From Thermodesulfobacteriota bacterium (GTDB lineage Bacteria; Desulfobacterota; Desulfobulbia; Desulfobulbales; SURF-16): a stretch of DNA of 40,248 nt. The notes below the pieces were generated by a model, which was not told the origin of the DNA, made no database searches, and saw only the letters and a program-made list of their open reading frames with translations. The stretch spans positions 1 to 40,248 of the forward strand of contig JBDLIE010000022.1 in assembly GCA_039715015.1 (NCBI GenBank). Direction: 5' to 3'. Shown here one piece after another: positions 19,390-28,625 of the stretch; position 1 is the first letter of the stretch, and each line of letters starts with the position of its first letter. The position numbers and the translations under genes were made by a program.

Positions 19390-20478
19390 CTAGACATTAT
19401 GGGCCGATGCCAGATCAAGGCACTCCCGTACTATATTTTTTGCGGCATTGGGCTCACCGAGCTTATATGCCATGCTGGCCATCCGCGCCCTTTTCGATTC
19501 ATTTTTAGCAAGACCAAGAATGAGCTTGGCAAGATCCATTCCTGACATCTTGTCTTCCATGCACTTCATTGCCGCCCCTGCCTGCACCAGCCAATCTGCG
19601 TTAATCTCCTGGTGATTGTCGGCAGCATAGGGATAAGGAATCAGGATCATTGGCTTACCCATCACTGTTAACTCTGCCAGACTTGTCGCTCCTGCCCTGG
19701 CCACCACCAAATCAGCCTTGGCTAAAACAAAGGGCATCTGGTTAAAAAATGACGCCACCTTGGCTGGAATGCCTGCCTCTTTATAAGTATCTTTAACCTT
19801 TTGGGTATCCTGCCTTCCGGTCTGATGGATGACATTAAAACCCTCTGGGGGGCTTCTCTTAATAAGCCGGGCTGCCTCCATCATTTTGACATTGATACTA
19901 TGAGCACCCAGCGACCCTCCCATGACAACCAGGGTAAAATTGTCTTTCCCACCTTCGCCGCTTGCCAAAGCGCGAACCTCTTTGCGGACAGGATTACCTG
20001 TTTGCACGCATTTACGGCTTGGAAAGCGTTTTTCACTGCCAGGAATGGAGATAAATATTTTCCTGACTATCTTTGCCAATATCCGATTTGCCATACCTGG
20101 AACTGAATTTTGTTCGTGGATGCATGTTGGAATCCGTCTTAACCAAGCAGCCAGCAAAACAGGGCCGGTGACGTAGCCACCAACACCCAAAACAACATCA
20201 GGCTTAAATTTGCCAATGATGCCCCACGCTGTCCACAGGCTCATGGGGAGCTGGAACAAGGACCCCAGTTTCTTGACAATTGATTTTCCTTTTATCCCTT
20301 GACTCTTGAGAGGCAGGAAGGGGAACGGTTTCCCGCTTAACACCTTGGCATCGGTTTCCCGGTCAGTGGCAACAAAAAGAATCTCACCGCGAACCACAGA
20401 GTGGAGCACCTCCTCGGCCACAGCTACGCCTGGAAATAAATGCCCTCCTGTTCCACCACCGCTGATGATCATTCTCAT
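19390..20478 (-). CDS. murG: Lipid II GlcNAc transferase MurG
   Basis: [49 protein letters not shown]. Start set at ATG 20478 (MRMIISG). Confidence 0.97.
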   Translation of the reverse strand: MRMIISGGGTGGHLFPGVAVAEEVLHSVVRGEILFVATDRETDAKVLSGKPFPFLPLKSQGIKGKSIVKKLGSLFQLPMSLWTAWGIIGKFKPDVVLGVGGYVTGPVLLAAWLRRIPTCIHEQNSVPGMANRILAKIVRKIFISIPGSEKRFPSRKCVQTGNPVRKEVRALASGEGGKDNFTLVVMGGSLGAHSINVKMMEAARLIKRSPPEGFNVIHQTGRQDTQKVKDTYKEAGIPAKVASFFNQMPFVLAKADLVVARAGATSLAELTVMGKPMILIPYPYAADNHQEINADWLVQAGAAMKCMEDKMSGMDLAKLILGLAKNESKRARMASMAYKLGEPNAAKNIVRECLDLASAHNV

Positions 20479-20497
20479 ACCTTCAGCACCCTTTTCA

Positions 20498-21940
20498 TTA
20501 AACCGCTCTCCGCAGAGGTCTTTTGCCACTGCTTGATAATGCGTTCCCTGTTTTTTCCTGCCTTAATTCCCGTACCGATCTTTGAAAGGCATCACCCCGC
20601 TCGCCATAACTGCTGAACATATCAAAGCTGGCACAGGCCGGAGACAGTAATATCACCTCCCCTGGTTGGGCTTCACATGCTGCCAGGGCCACTGCCTCAT
20701 CCATGGATTTGGCCCTGAAAATTTCAGTCAGGCCAGCAAAAGCAGCCGCTATCTTGTCTGCAGCTTCCCCGATCACAATAAGACTCTTGACCTTGGTCCC
20801 TATTTCTTCGGCAAGAAGTCCATAATCACCGCCCTTGTCCCTACCGCCGGCAATAAGATGAACGGGCCTGGCCATGCCAGACAACGCCGATTTTACAGCG
20901 CCAACATTTGTCGCTTTGGAGTCATCAACATAGAGCACCCCGTTAACGGTTCCAACCTCCGTGAGCCGATGGTCAAGACATTTGAATTGAGCAAGTCCTT
21001 TGACAACGGCCTTTGCTGAACATCCCATAAGGCGGGCGGCAATGATGGCCGCCAGACAATTATCAGAGTTTGGGTATTTGTTAAGTGGTCCAGGCAACTG
21101 ATACTGCTCGCCGGAGTCCTGGCAAAGATGGACCAGGGCCTTATTGCCGACAAGCCGAGCATAGCTGCTCTTTTTTGAACCAAAACCTCTGATTGTCGAG
21201 GGAATACCCCCCAGCCTCTTCTTTATCTCGTGGTCATCACCGTTGATGACCGCAAAATCGTCCCGCCTCTGACGGCTAAAAATACTCATTTTGGAGTCGA
21301 TATATTCTTCATAGGACCCGTAGCGATCAAGATGGTCAGGGCTGACATTCAACAGCACCGCAACATGGGGATGAAAGCTGACAGCGGTATCGAGCTGAAA
21401 ACTGCTCACCTCAAGAACTAATGCCTCGGCCTGATCATCACCGGCCACAAACTCACAAAGAGGAGTGCCGATATTTCCTCCAACAAAGACATCTCGGCCA
21501 TCTGCCGCGAGGAACTCTCCAATCATGGTGGTAACGGTGGTTTTGCCATTTGTACCGGTCACAGCAATGATCTTTGTATCGGTAAAAAGAGCACCCAATT
21601 CCAGCTCGCCGATTATTGGAATTCCTTTATCCTCGGCGGCAAGAAGTTCAGGCGCATCAAGTGGTACGCCGGGACTCATGACAATACAGTCCGCCTTGAG
21701 GAAAGTGTATACATCATGACCGCTAAATTCCAGCAACACCTTCTGCTCTTTGAGCCATTGCTGATCTTCAGTGCTTAGTTTCGCTAAAGGGCCGCCATCG
21801 CTTATGGAGAGTTGACAACCCTGTTTTGCCAGAAGACGCAAAGCGGCCATGCCGGAGCGACCAGCTCCCACCACCAGGATGCTTTTTTCTTTTGTAAAAA
21901 ACTTTGCGTCTATCATTGTTTGCATTTTGCTTTCAGTCAT
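20498..21940 (-). CDS. murD: UDP-MurNAc-L-Ala--D-glutamate ligase
   Basis: GAGRSG, SPGVP, TGTNGKTT, EVSSFQL, DDSKATN, LSPACASFDMF. Confidence 0.98.
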   Translation of the reverse strand: MTESKMQTMIDAKFFTKEKSILVVGAGRSGMAALRLLAKQGCQLSISDGGPLAKLSTEDQQWLKEQKVLLEFSGHDVYTFLKADCIVMSPGVPLDAPELLAAEDKGIPIIGELELGALFTDTKIIAVTGTNGKTTVTTMIGEFLAADGRDVFVGGNIGTPLCEFVAGDDQAEALVLEVSSFQLDTAVSFHPHVAVLLNVSPDHLDRYGSYEEYIDSKMSIFSRQRRDDFAVINGDDHEIKKRLGGIPSTIRGFGSKKSSYARLVGNKALVHLCQDSGEQYQLPGPLNKYPNSDNCLAAIIAARLMGCSAKAVVKGLAQFKCLDHRLTEVGTVNGVLYVDDSKATNVGAVKSALSGMARPVHLIAGGRDKGGDYGLLAEEIGTKVKSLIVIGEAADKIAAAFAGLTEIFRAKSMDEAVALAACEAQPGEVILLSPACASFDMFSSYGERGDAFQRSVRELRQEKTGNALSSSGKRPLRRAV

Positions 21941-21943
21941 TCT

Positions 21944-23023
21944 TTAACGGAGTTTCAAGGTAGCCAGGGCCATGAGGCCAAGAATGATGGAGACTATCCA
22001 GAACCTCACCACGACCTTGGGCTCCACCCATCCCTTTTTCTCAAAATGATGATGAAAGGGGGCCATGAGGAAAATACGTTTCCCCCCTGAAACCTTGAAA
22101 TAACCCACTTGGAGAATTACCGAGATCGCCTCCATAACAAATATGCCGCCCACCAAGGCCAGGAGTACCTCCTGCTTAGTGACAATCGCCACCGTTCCTA
22201 ATGCTCCACCGATGGATAAAGATCCCACATCACCCATGAACATCTGGGCTGGAAAGGCGTTAAACCATAAAAAGCCAAGGCTTGCTCCGGCCAGCGCCCC
22301 GCAAAAAATTACCACCTCGCCTGCCCCGGGCACATGGGGAATCTGCAGGTACGAGGCCAGGCCCACATGGCCTGCCAGATAGGAGAAGAGGAGATATACT
22401 CCACTTGTTACCACCGTGGGACCGGCCGCCAGACCATCCAAGCCGTCAGTCAGATTGACCGCATTTGAAGCCCCAACCACCACAAACATCACAAAGGGAA
22501 TATAGAACACCCCGAAATCGGGCTGAAACCCCTTGAAAAATGGGATGCTGAGTTGTGTTGAGTAGGAAGGCTGGGTGGCAATAAAAACACCTGCCACCAG
22601 AGCACCTGCTATCTGAAAAACAATCTTTCCTTTAGCGCTCAGCCCCTTGGAGTTTTGCTTTTTGATTTTGCTGTAATCGTCCCAGGCCCCGATCATGCCA
22701 TACCAGACCGTGACGCCAAGGATGATCCAGACATAGACGTTGGTGAGGTCAACCCAAAGCAGGGTGCCGGCCAGCAAACCTAAAAGGATAAGGAGACCGC
22801 CCATGGTGGGCACTCCTTGTTTACTGAAATGGGACTCCGGGCCGTCATCACGGACAACCTGCCCCACCTGGTTTCTCTGCAGCATTCTGATAAAAGGTCT
22901 GCCGCAATAGAGCACGATGAGAAAGGCGGTGATGGTGGCCCCAATTCCACGCAGGGTAATATAGCGGAAGACATTGAAGCCGCTGAAAATGGTGTGGAGC
23001 GGATAGAGGAGATGATATAGCAT
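21944..23023 (-). CDS. mraY: Phospho-MurNAc-pentapeptide transferase
   Basis: KQGVPTMGG, WDDY, SNAVNLTDGLDGL, FMGDVGSL, MAPFHHHFE. Confidence 0.99.
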   Translation of the reverse strand: MLYHLLYPLHTIFSGFNVFRYITLRGIGATITAFLIVLYCGRPFIRMLQRNQVGQVVRDDGPESHFSKQGVPTMGGLLILLGLLAGTLLWVDLTNVYVWIILGVTVWYGMIGAWDDYSKIKKQNSKGLSAKGKIVFQIAGALVAGVFIATQPSYSTQLSIPFFKGFQPDFGVFYIPFVMFVVVGASNAVNLTDGLDGLAAGPTVVTSGVYLLFSYLAGHVGLASYLQIPHVPGAGEVVIFCGALAGASLGFLWFNAFPAQMFMGDVGSLSIGGALGTVAIVTKQEVLLALVGGIFVMEAISVILQVGYFKVSGGKRIFLMAPFHHHFEKKGWVEPKVVVRFWIVSIILGLMALATLKLR

Positions 23024-23092
23024 TGTTACTTAACTTTTTTGATTGTTAGTAATCAGAATAAACGCCCTTGATTTTACAGGGACATTCACTCT

Positions 23093-24583
23093 CTAACCCA
23101 GTTCTCGCTGGAGCCCCTCAACGATTTTTTCCATACACATACCCCGTGATCCTTTGACGAGGAAATAATCACCCTTGCCAAAGGATTGTTCTTCCATACA
23201 TTCGAAAATTGTCTGCAAAATCGCTTCCTTATCCGGAAGCTGGTGCACCTGTCGTAATGCCATGGAAGCATCGGTGGCACCCTGAGCGACAATCTTTGAG
23301 TATTCGCCATATACCAAGAGATGATCAAATCCCTTGCAGGCCACCATCTCTCCAAGCCTGCGGTGGGCCTTTTCACTCTCATCACCGAGTTCGAGCATGT
23401 CCCCTAATATGGCGATTGTTTTATGCTCGCCGCGGATCGCCTGCACCGTATCAAAGGCCGCCATCATGGATGCAGGATTGGCGTTATAGCAATCGTTAAT
23501 GACCTTTAGACCACCGATATCGACGATTTGCAGACGCTTATCAAATGCCCTGAAGTTTTCAAGGCCCTCGACAATCTGGCTCATCTCCAAACCTGCGGCA
23601 TGGGCGATGGCTGCTGCGGCCAGGGCATTTGAGACATTATGCTCACCCATAACCCCAACCTGCAGGCGAAGCCGTTCGGCGCCAATATGGAGGGTAAAGG
23701 CCATACCTTTTTCACCCATATTTTTCACATGGGTGGCCCGGACCATGGCCTTGGGGTGGCGGCCATAGGGGATTTGCTCCTGATGCATCTGTCTCGACAG
23801 ACTGCGCACCATCTTGTCGTCATAATTAACGCAGAGTTTTGACCAGGAGTTACAACCTTCAAAAAGTTCTCCTTTGGCACGGGCAACACCGTCTATTGAG
23901 CCCAGTCCGGAAAGATGGGCGGCCTGGACATTAACGATGCAGGCAATATCCGGATCAGCGATTTCTGTCATTCTGGCAATCTCGCCTAAGCGATTCATCC
24001 CCATTTCCAACACGGCAACGTCATGGCCATTATCCACCGGTAACAGGGAGAGGGGCATGCCAATTAAATTATTGAAGTTGCCCTTTGTCTTTAAGACGTT
24101 GAACTCATGGTTGAGGATGGCTGAACTCATCTCCTTGACCGTTGTCTTCCCTGAGCTACCCGTGACAGCTACCACTTTCAGGTCCGTTACCTCGGCCCGG
24201 CGGTAGGCAGCAAGATCACCCAAGGCCCGCAGGGTGTCGTCAACCTGAATCACCGGCACATCGATTTCCTCCGGAACGGTCTCGACAATAATTCCTCCGG
24301 CCCCCTTCCGTACTGCCTCGGTGGCAAACTCAGCACCATCAAAATTGGCGCCGGATAGTGCCACAAACAAATCGCCCTTCTCGATGGTACGGGTATCGGT
24401 GGATACCCTCGCAAAGGTCGCCTTGGCCGGTCCGGATACAAACCTGCCTCCAGTGGCAAGCAAGACATCACTTAATTTCCAGGTCAGGTCTTCCACAACG
24501 GCATCTCCGTGGTTTACTTCTCTCGTGCCGGATGGCGTTGATGAACCCGTCGATCTTGCGTCCCTACAACTTAAAATTTCCAT
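23093..24583 (-). CDS. murF: UDP-MurNAc-tripeptide--D-Ala-D-Ala ligase
   Basis: STDTR, TGSSGKTTVKE, NFNNLIG, LEMGMN, DCYNANP, GDMLELG, KGSRGM. GAGGAG RBS at 24583 gives an ~30-aa N-terminal extension. Confidence 0.97.
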   Translation of the reverse strand: MEILSCRDARSTGSSTPSGTREVNHGDAVVEDLTWKLSDVLLATGGRFVSGPAKATFARVSTDTRTIEKGDLFVALSGANFDGAEFATEAVRKGAGGIIVETVPEEIDVPVIQVDDTLRALGDLAAYRRAEVTDLKVVAVTGSSGKTTVKEMSSAILNHEFNVLKTKGNFNNLIGMPLSLLPVDNGHDVAVLEMGMNRLGEIARMTEIADPDIACIVNVQAAHLSGLGSIDGVARAKGELFEGCNSWSKLCVNYDDKMVRSLSRQMHQEQIPYGRHPKAMVRATHVKNMGEKGMAFTLHIGAERLRLQVGVMGEHNVSNALAAAAIAHAAGLEMSQIVEGLENFRAFDKRLQIVDIGGLKVINDCYNANPASMMAAFDTVQAIRGEHKTIAILGDMLELGDESEKAHRRLGEMVACKGFDHLLVYGEYSKIVAQGATDASMALRQVHQLPDKEAILQTIFECMEEQSFGKGDYFLVKGSRGMCMEKIVEGLQRELG

Positions 24584-24609
24584 TTTTTCTCCTCAAACTT
24601 TGGAAAGTT

Positions 24610-24712
24610 TGATGGCCTCGCAAAAAGTCCGGTACGTCCATCGGCACAGTGCCTATCTTCCTGATTTACCGTAACCGAATTTGGCCGCTCTAGACTTTCT
24701 ATGCGGGCATCA
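24610..24712. mobile_element. Decayed MITE/REP-like insert in the murE-murF spacer
   Basis: 103-bp non-coding segment bounded by imperfect 20-bp inverted repeats (TGATGGCCTCGCAAAAAGTC vs reverse complement TGATGCCCGCATAGAAAGTC, 15/20 identical). Confidence 0.45.
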
Positions 24713-24716
24713 CGTT

Positions 24717-26267
24717 TCAGGCTGTACCAACAGCCTTCCCCCAAACTTTCTCCAGTTCTTGTTTCGCCTCCTGGCGATCATCGAAGTGCACCTTGCCGGA
24801 ACGGGTAAGCTGATAATCCTCATGCCCTTTACCACTTATCAGCACGACATCGTCCCTTTTTGCCAGGTTAATCGCACATGCAATTGCCTGGTGCCGCGAC
24901 TCAATTACGAGGTATTCCTTTCCTTGCCCCCTTAGAAAATCAACCTCAACTTTTCTGCCGCCACTGTCCTTCATGCCGGCTTCAATCTCTGCTAATATTT
25001 GACCGGGATCCTCTGTACGAGGATTATCCGATGTGGCAATGGCCACATCGGCGTACTGAACAGCTATGGCGCCCATCATCGGTCGTTTGCCCCTGTCTCT
25101 GTCCCCGCCGCAACCAAACACCACCAGCAAACGCCCTTTTGCTAAAGGCTTAATCGTCTCCAACACATTTTGAAGAGCATCCGGGGTGTGAGCGTAATCA
25201 ACAATAATTTTGGGATGCGCCACTTCAGGCAGAAAAACTTTTTCCATCCGGCCTGGCGCCCCGCAACAACGGGCAATGGCTTTCCGCATAACTGGTATGG
25301 GCACGGCAAGTGCCTTGCCAACCCCCAATACACCGAGGATATTGCGGATATTAAATCCTCCAATAAGCGGTGAGACAAACTCCACCGCCTTTCCGGTCAT
25401 ATTGACCTGCATGGCGATACCGTCCAGGGAAAGCTGCTCATTCCGGCTGTCGATCATTTGCCCTTTGCCACAGGTCATTATTTGTTCACCCCTCTCTTCC
25501 TTGAGGTCTTCCACCAACCGCTCTCCCCAGCTCTGATTTCCTTCACTGACAATTACGGCGTGGCCATTTCTCTTTAAGTGGCGGATGAAGAGTATTTTTT
25601 TTGAGGCAAAATAGCCCTCCATATCGCCATGAAAATCTAGATGGTCCCTGCTCAGGTTTGTAAAAAGGGTGACATCAAAGCTGATCCCTTCCACCCTGCC
25701 CTGCTCCAGGGCATGGGATGAAACCTCCATGATTACATGGCTGACACCGGCATTAACCATCTCTGCCAGCAGGCTTTGCAGTTGCACAGGATCTGGAGTG
25801 GTGTGACTCGCCTGTCTGCAAATCCCGGCAAATCTAAAATTAACCGTGCCGATGACTCCGGGATTCCCGCCAGCTGCAACCACCATTTCTTCAATAAGGT
25901 AGGCGCAGGTAGTTTTGCCGTTGGTGCCGGTGATGCCTATCACCGTCATCCTCTCGGCGGGTTTTTTGTAAAATGCTGCGGCTATGACACCCAGGGCCTG
26001 TCCTGTATCCGCCACCCGAATTACCGGCACCTCTAAATCATGGTCCCTACTTTCCTGGTTAACCACCACTGCCGCTGCCCCTTGGGCAACAGCCTGTTTT
26101 ACATAGTCATGACCGTCAGCACTCGCGCCGACAATCGCTACAAAGAGGGCCCCCGGCGTTACTTCCCTTGAATCTGAAGTGATTGAGCTTACAGCAACCG
26201 TCCCGACATCACTGCCGGCTTGATATTCTATGCCGGCCAGAAGCTGGGCAACCTTGCTGGTGGTCAT
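24717..26267 (-). CDS. murE: UDP-MurNAc-dipeptide--meso-DAP ligase
   Basis: TGTNGKTT, HTTPDP, MEVSSHAL, DYAHTPD, GCGGDRD, DNPR (DAP-type motif), GKGHE. ATGA overlap with the upstream PBP gene. Confidence 0.98.
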   Translation of the reverse strand: MTTSKVAQLLAGIEYQAGSDVGTVAVSSITSDSREVTPGALFVAIVGASADGHDYVKQAVAQGAAAVVVNQESRDHDLEVPVIRVADTGQALGVIAAAFYKKPAERMTVIGITGTNGKTTCAYLIEEMVVAAGGNPGVIGTVNFRFAGICRQASHTTPDPVQLQSLLAEMVNAGVSHVIMEVSSHALEQGRVEGISFDVTLFTNLSRDHLDFHGDMEGYFASKKILFIRHLKRNGHAVIVSEGNQSWGERLVEDLKEERGEQIMTCGKGQMIDSRNEQLSLDGIAMQVNMTGKAVEFVSPLIGGFNIRNILGVLGVGKALAVPIPVMRKAIARCCGAPGRMEKVFLPEVAHPKIIVDYAHTPDALQNVLETIKPLAKGRLLVVFGCGGDRDRGKRPMMGAIAVQYADVAIATSDNPRTEDPGQILAEIEAGMKDSGGRKVEVDFLRGQGKEYLVIESRHQAIACAINLAKRDDVVLISGKGHEDYQLTRSGKVHFDDRQEAKQELEKVWGKAVGTA

Positions 26268-28207
26268 GGCCGCTGCGTCTCCACATTACCGCTCGCAAGC
26301 TTGAGCAGAACCCTGCCGCCGCAGCTTTCACCAGAGGATGGCTCTTGCTCCACAACGCGACCAGCCCCTTCAATTTCTATTTCAACCTTGCATGGCATTA
26401 ATTCCAGCAAGGCCTTGCGCAGGCTCAGGCCAATCACATTTGGCATTTTCCTGTGCTGAACATCTTGCTCTTCTTTTCCGGTGTCTTCTTTTTTATGGAG
26501 CTTTTGCCATTGCGCATAAAGCTCGCCCTCTTCGGGTAGTGCCGAGTTGGCCACATCCACTTCAGACCCGCCTTGTATCTCCTTGGCAGCCAAACGGAGA
26601 AAGGTCTTTCCGAACCGTCGCATGGGCGATGCAGCAGTCAAATCAAACTCGCCGTCTTGCACCGAGACAAGGAGTGCCAATCTTGGTTTCTCAACCGGTG
26701 TTGCCGCCACAAGTATTCCATCAAAGGTCGGCCCTTTCTTAAACACCTCTGAGGTTTTGCCTCCCTCTTGACTGTCGACAACGAAATCATCCTCTCTGTC
26801 CAGAGGAAAGAGGTACTCAGCAGCAAAAAGCCTGGCGTTGTATCCAGCACTTGCCTCAAATGATTTTCTCAATACCGCGCTGACCTTTGTTACAGCCCTT
26901 CCAGATGCCTCAAAACTATAGGATGCAAAAATGCCGGCTTCATCCACGGTGCCTTTGAGAAAATGGAGCGCCACGGGCTTGCCGCCGTTAATCAGACGAC
27001 TGAATCCTCCCAAAATTGAAACTCCATTAAGGCGTCCCTCACGACACTCACCTCCAGCCAGAGTGGCATCACCCTTAACCGGCACGTCCAGCTGATCCGC
27101 ACAACTGATTCCCAGATCCTGTTGAAAGGCCAGAAGTTCTTTTTCAGCTATGGTCGGGTCCGGCAACTCTGCAAGTTCGTTTGAAATAAAGCCTCCCCCC
27201 GCCCATGGCCACCAATATCCGGCCCGGGACCGACCACCGCTTTTCTGGACCCGAGGCCTGATCACCGTTACAGGAAGGGTCTCAGACATATTTAGGCTGA
27301 TATCCTTACCTGCGTGGACGGCTGCTCCGTAACGAAAAAAGCCTGAAATTCCGCCGGGGTGCATGGCCTTGGAAACCATTTCCATCTTTTGGCTCTGAGG
27401 AGTTGCGTCCCAAAAGGAATTGGGATCAAAGGAGGGAAGCTGAACAGAGGCCACAATCTCACCCGTGGCAGGATCTACTGCCATGGCTGCTACCGAACTG
27501 GCCTGTGTCTTGTCCAGCAATAATGCCATCTGCTTCTCCAAGATGGTCTGGGTTTTCAGATCAAGGGTAAGAACAATATGTTTACCTTCACTTGCACTCT
27601 TATCTTTGCCACCTGACCCAAGCCCTGCAAGTCTCCTTCCCCGGAGCTCTTTGTCGTAAAAAAGCTCGATTCCTGAGAGGCCTTGCTCGTCCTTGACAAA
27701 GCCAAGGACCTGGGCTGCAGTTTTATTATTTGGGTAAAAACGAACTGGAGATTTCTGAAAAAAGAGCCCTGAGAGATCAAGTTTCGATAACTCAGCAATT
27801 TTTCCCTGCGGTATCTGATGACCTAGCCAGATGAAACTCCGCTCAGTGCGAAGTCGTTTGACAAGCTGATCTCGGTCAAGATCCAGGATGGTTGCTAAGG
27901 CTTCTCCTGTTTTTAAACTATCCTTCACCTCCAGGGGTTTAATGTATGCAGCGTAGAGATCAAAACTTACGGCAAGAGGTTCCAGGTTACGGCCATAAAT
28001 ATTTTTTCTTTCTTGCAGGGAGGAAACGCCGGGCAAGGAAGTATCCTCTTCCTTTGGCTCGTCAGATGTCACAAACCAAAAGAACAAACCGCCTACAAAA
28101 AGGATAAGCAGGATGCCTGTCTTGCTGATTCGTGTATTTCGAACCGGCTTTTTTCTCTGCCCATAGCCTTTATAGTCTATGGGTCCCTTGCGTCTCTGAT
28201 ACCCCAT
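26264..28207 (-). CDS. ftsI: FtsI/PBP3-like class B PBP with PASTA domain; transpeptidase motifs absent (putative pseudoenzyme)
   Basis: Position between ftsL and murE; one TM helix; pedestal motifs RKNIYGRN..PLA, RFYP, GLSGIE..YD..L, LTLD...Q, DPATGEI.A....PSFDPN; C-terminal PASTA (MPNVIGLSLRKA...G.VVEQEP). The EPGSxxK position reads HPGGISG. Start set at ATG 28207 (GGAGG RBS). Confidence 0.85.
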   Translation of the reverse strand: MGYQRRKGPIDYKGYGQRKKPVRNTRISKTGILLILFVGGLFFWFVTSDEPKEEDTSLPGVSSLQERKNIYGRNLEPLAVSFDLYAAYIKPLEVKDSLKTGEALATILDLDRDQLVKRLRTERSFIWLGHQIPQGKIAELSKLDLSGLFFQKSPVRFYPNNKTAAQVLGFVKDEQGLSGIELFYDKELRGRRLAGLGSGGKDKSASEGKHIVLTLDLKTQTILEKQMALLLDKTQASSVAAMAVDPATGEIVASVQLPSFDPNSFWDATPQSQKMEMVSKAMHPGGISGFFRYGAAVHAGKDISLNMSETLPVTVIRPRVQKSGGRSRAGYWWPWAGGGFISNELAELPDPTIAEKELLAFQQDLGISCADQLDVPVKGDATLAGGECREGRLNGVSILGGFSRLINGGKPVALHFLKGTVDEAGIFASYSFEASGRAVTKVSAVLRKSFEASAGYNARLFAAEYLFPLDREDDFVVDSQEGGKTSEVFKKGPTFDGILVAATPVEKPRLALLVSVQDGEFDLTAASPMRRFGKTFLRLAAKEIQGGSEVDVANSALPEEGELYAQWQKLHKKEDTGKEEQDVQHRKMPNVIGLSLRKALLELMPCKVEIEIEGAGRVVEQEPSSGESCGGRVLLKLASGNVETQRP

Positions 28208-28262
28208 GACGCCTTTCCCTCCAGGCAAAAAACTGCGGCTTTAAACTTTGATGACCGCGATT

Positions 28263-28622
28263 TTACCGAAAACCAACTTGCTGCCGTTTGCCCGGGCTGT
28301 ATAAGCCAACCTGAACAGCGGCAAAGGCCTCCAGGCGTCGTGCCTGCAGAAGGCGGACCTGCTCGTCCAGCATTGCCATTTTTGTTTGCTCCTTCTGGCT
28401 CTGGAGCTCCTGGGCATTGGCAATTTCCATTAAACTTTCCTGAATACGATGCCCCACCCAATAACTTGCAGCCACCCCGATGGCCGCAGCAAGTACAGCT
28501 ATTATGCCGATGGTCTTCCAAAAAAGGACACTATTGCCTTTGGGCTGGTGCATAGTCCGCCACCCATGGCGTCGGACTATGTTTTTACCCTTAATTTGGT
28601 AGCTCCCTGCATAATCACGCAT
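28263..28622 (-). CDS. ftsL: FtsL-like small bitopic protein
   Basis: 119 aa, basic N-terminus, one TM helix, coiled-coil, ending RLEAFAAVQVGLYSP (FtsL-like RIE..A..LGL..P). Sits between rsmH and ftsI. Confidence 0.75.
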   Translation of the reverse strand: MRDYAGSYQIKGKNIVRRHGWRTMHQPKGNSVLFWKTIGIIAVLAAAIGVAASYWVGHRIQESLMEIANAQELQSQKEQTKMAMLDEQVRLLQARRLEAFAAVQVGLYSPGKRQQVGFR

Positions 28623-28625
28623 ACC

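Noticed and set aside
28110..28135. KTG tripeptide near the FtsI N-terminus, plus SGGK and SLRK as possible SxxK motifs
   Set aside because: They lie in the pre-TM segment, pedestal loop and PASTA domain, outside the transpeptidase domain, so they cannot restore the active site.
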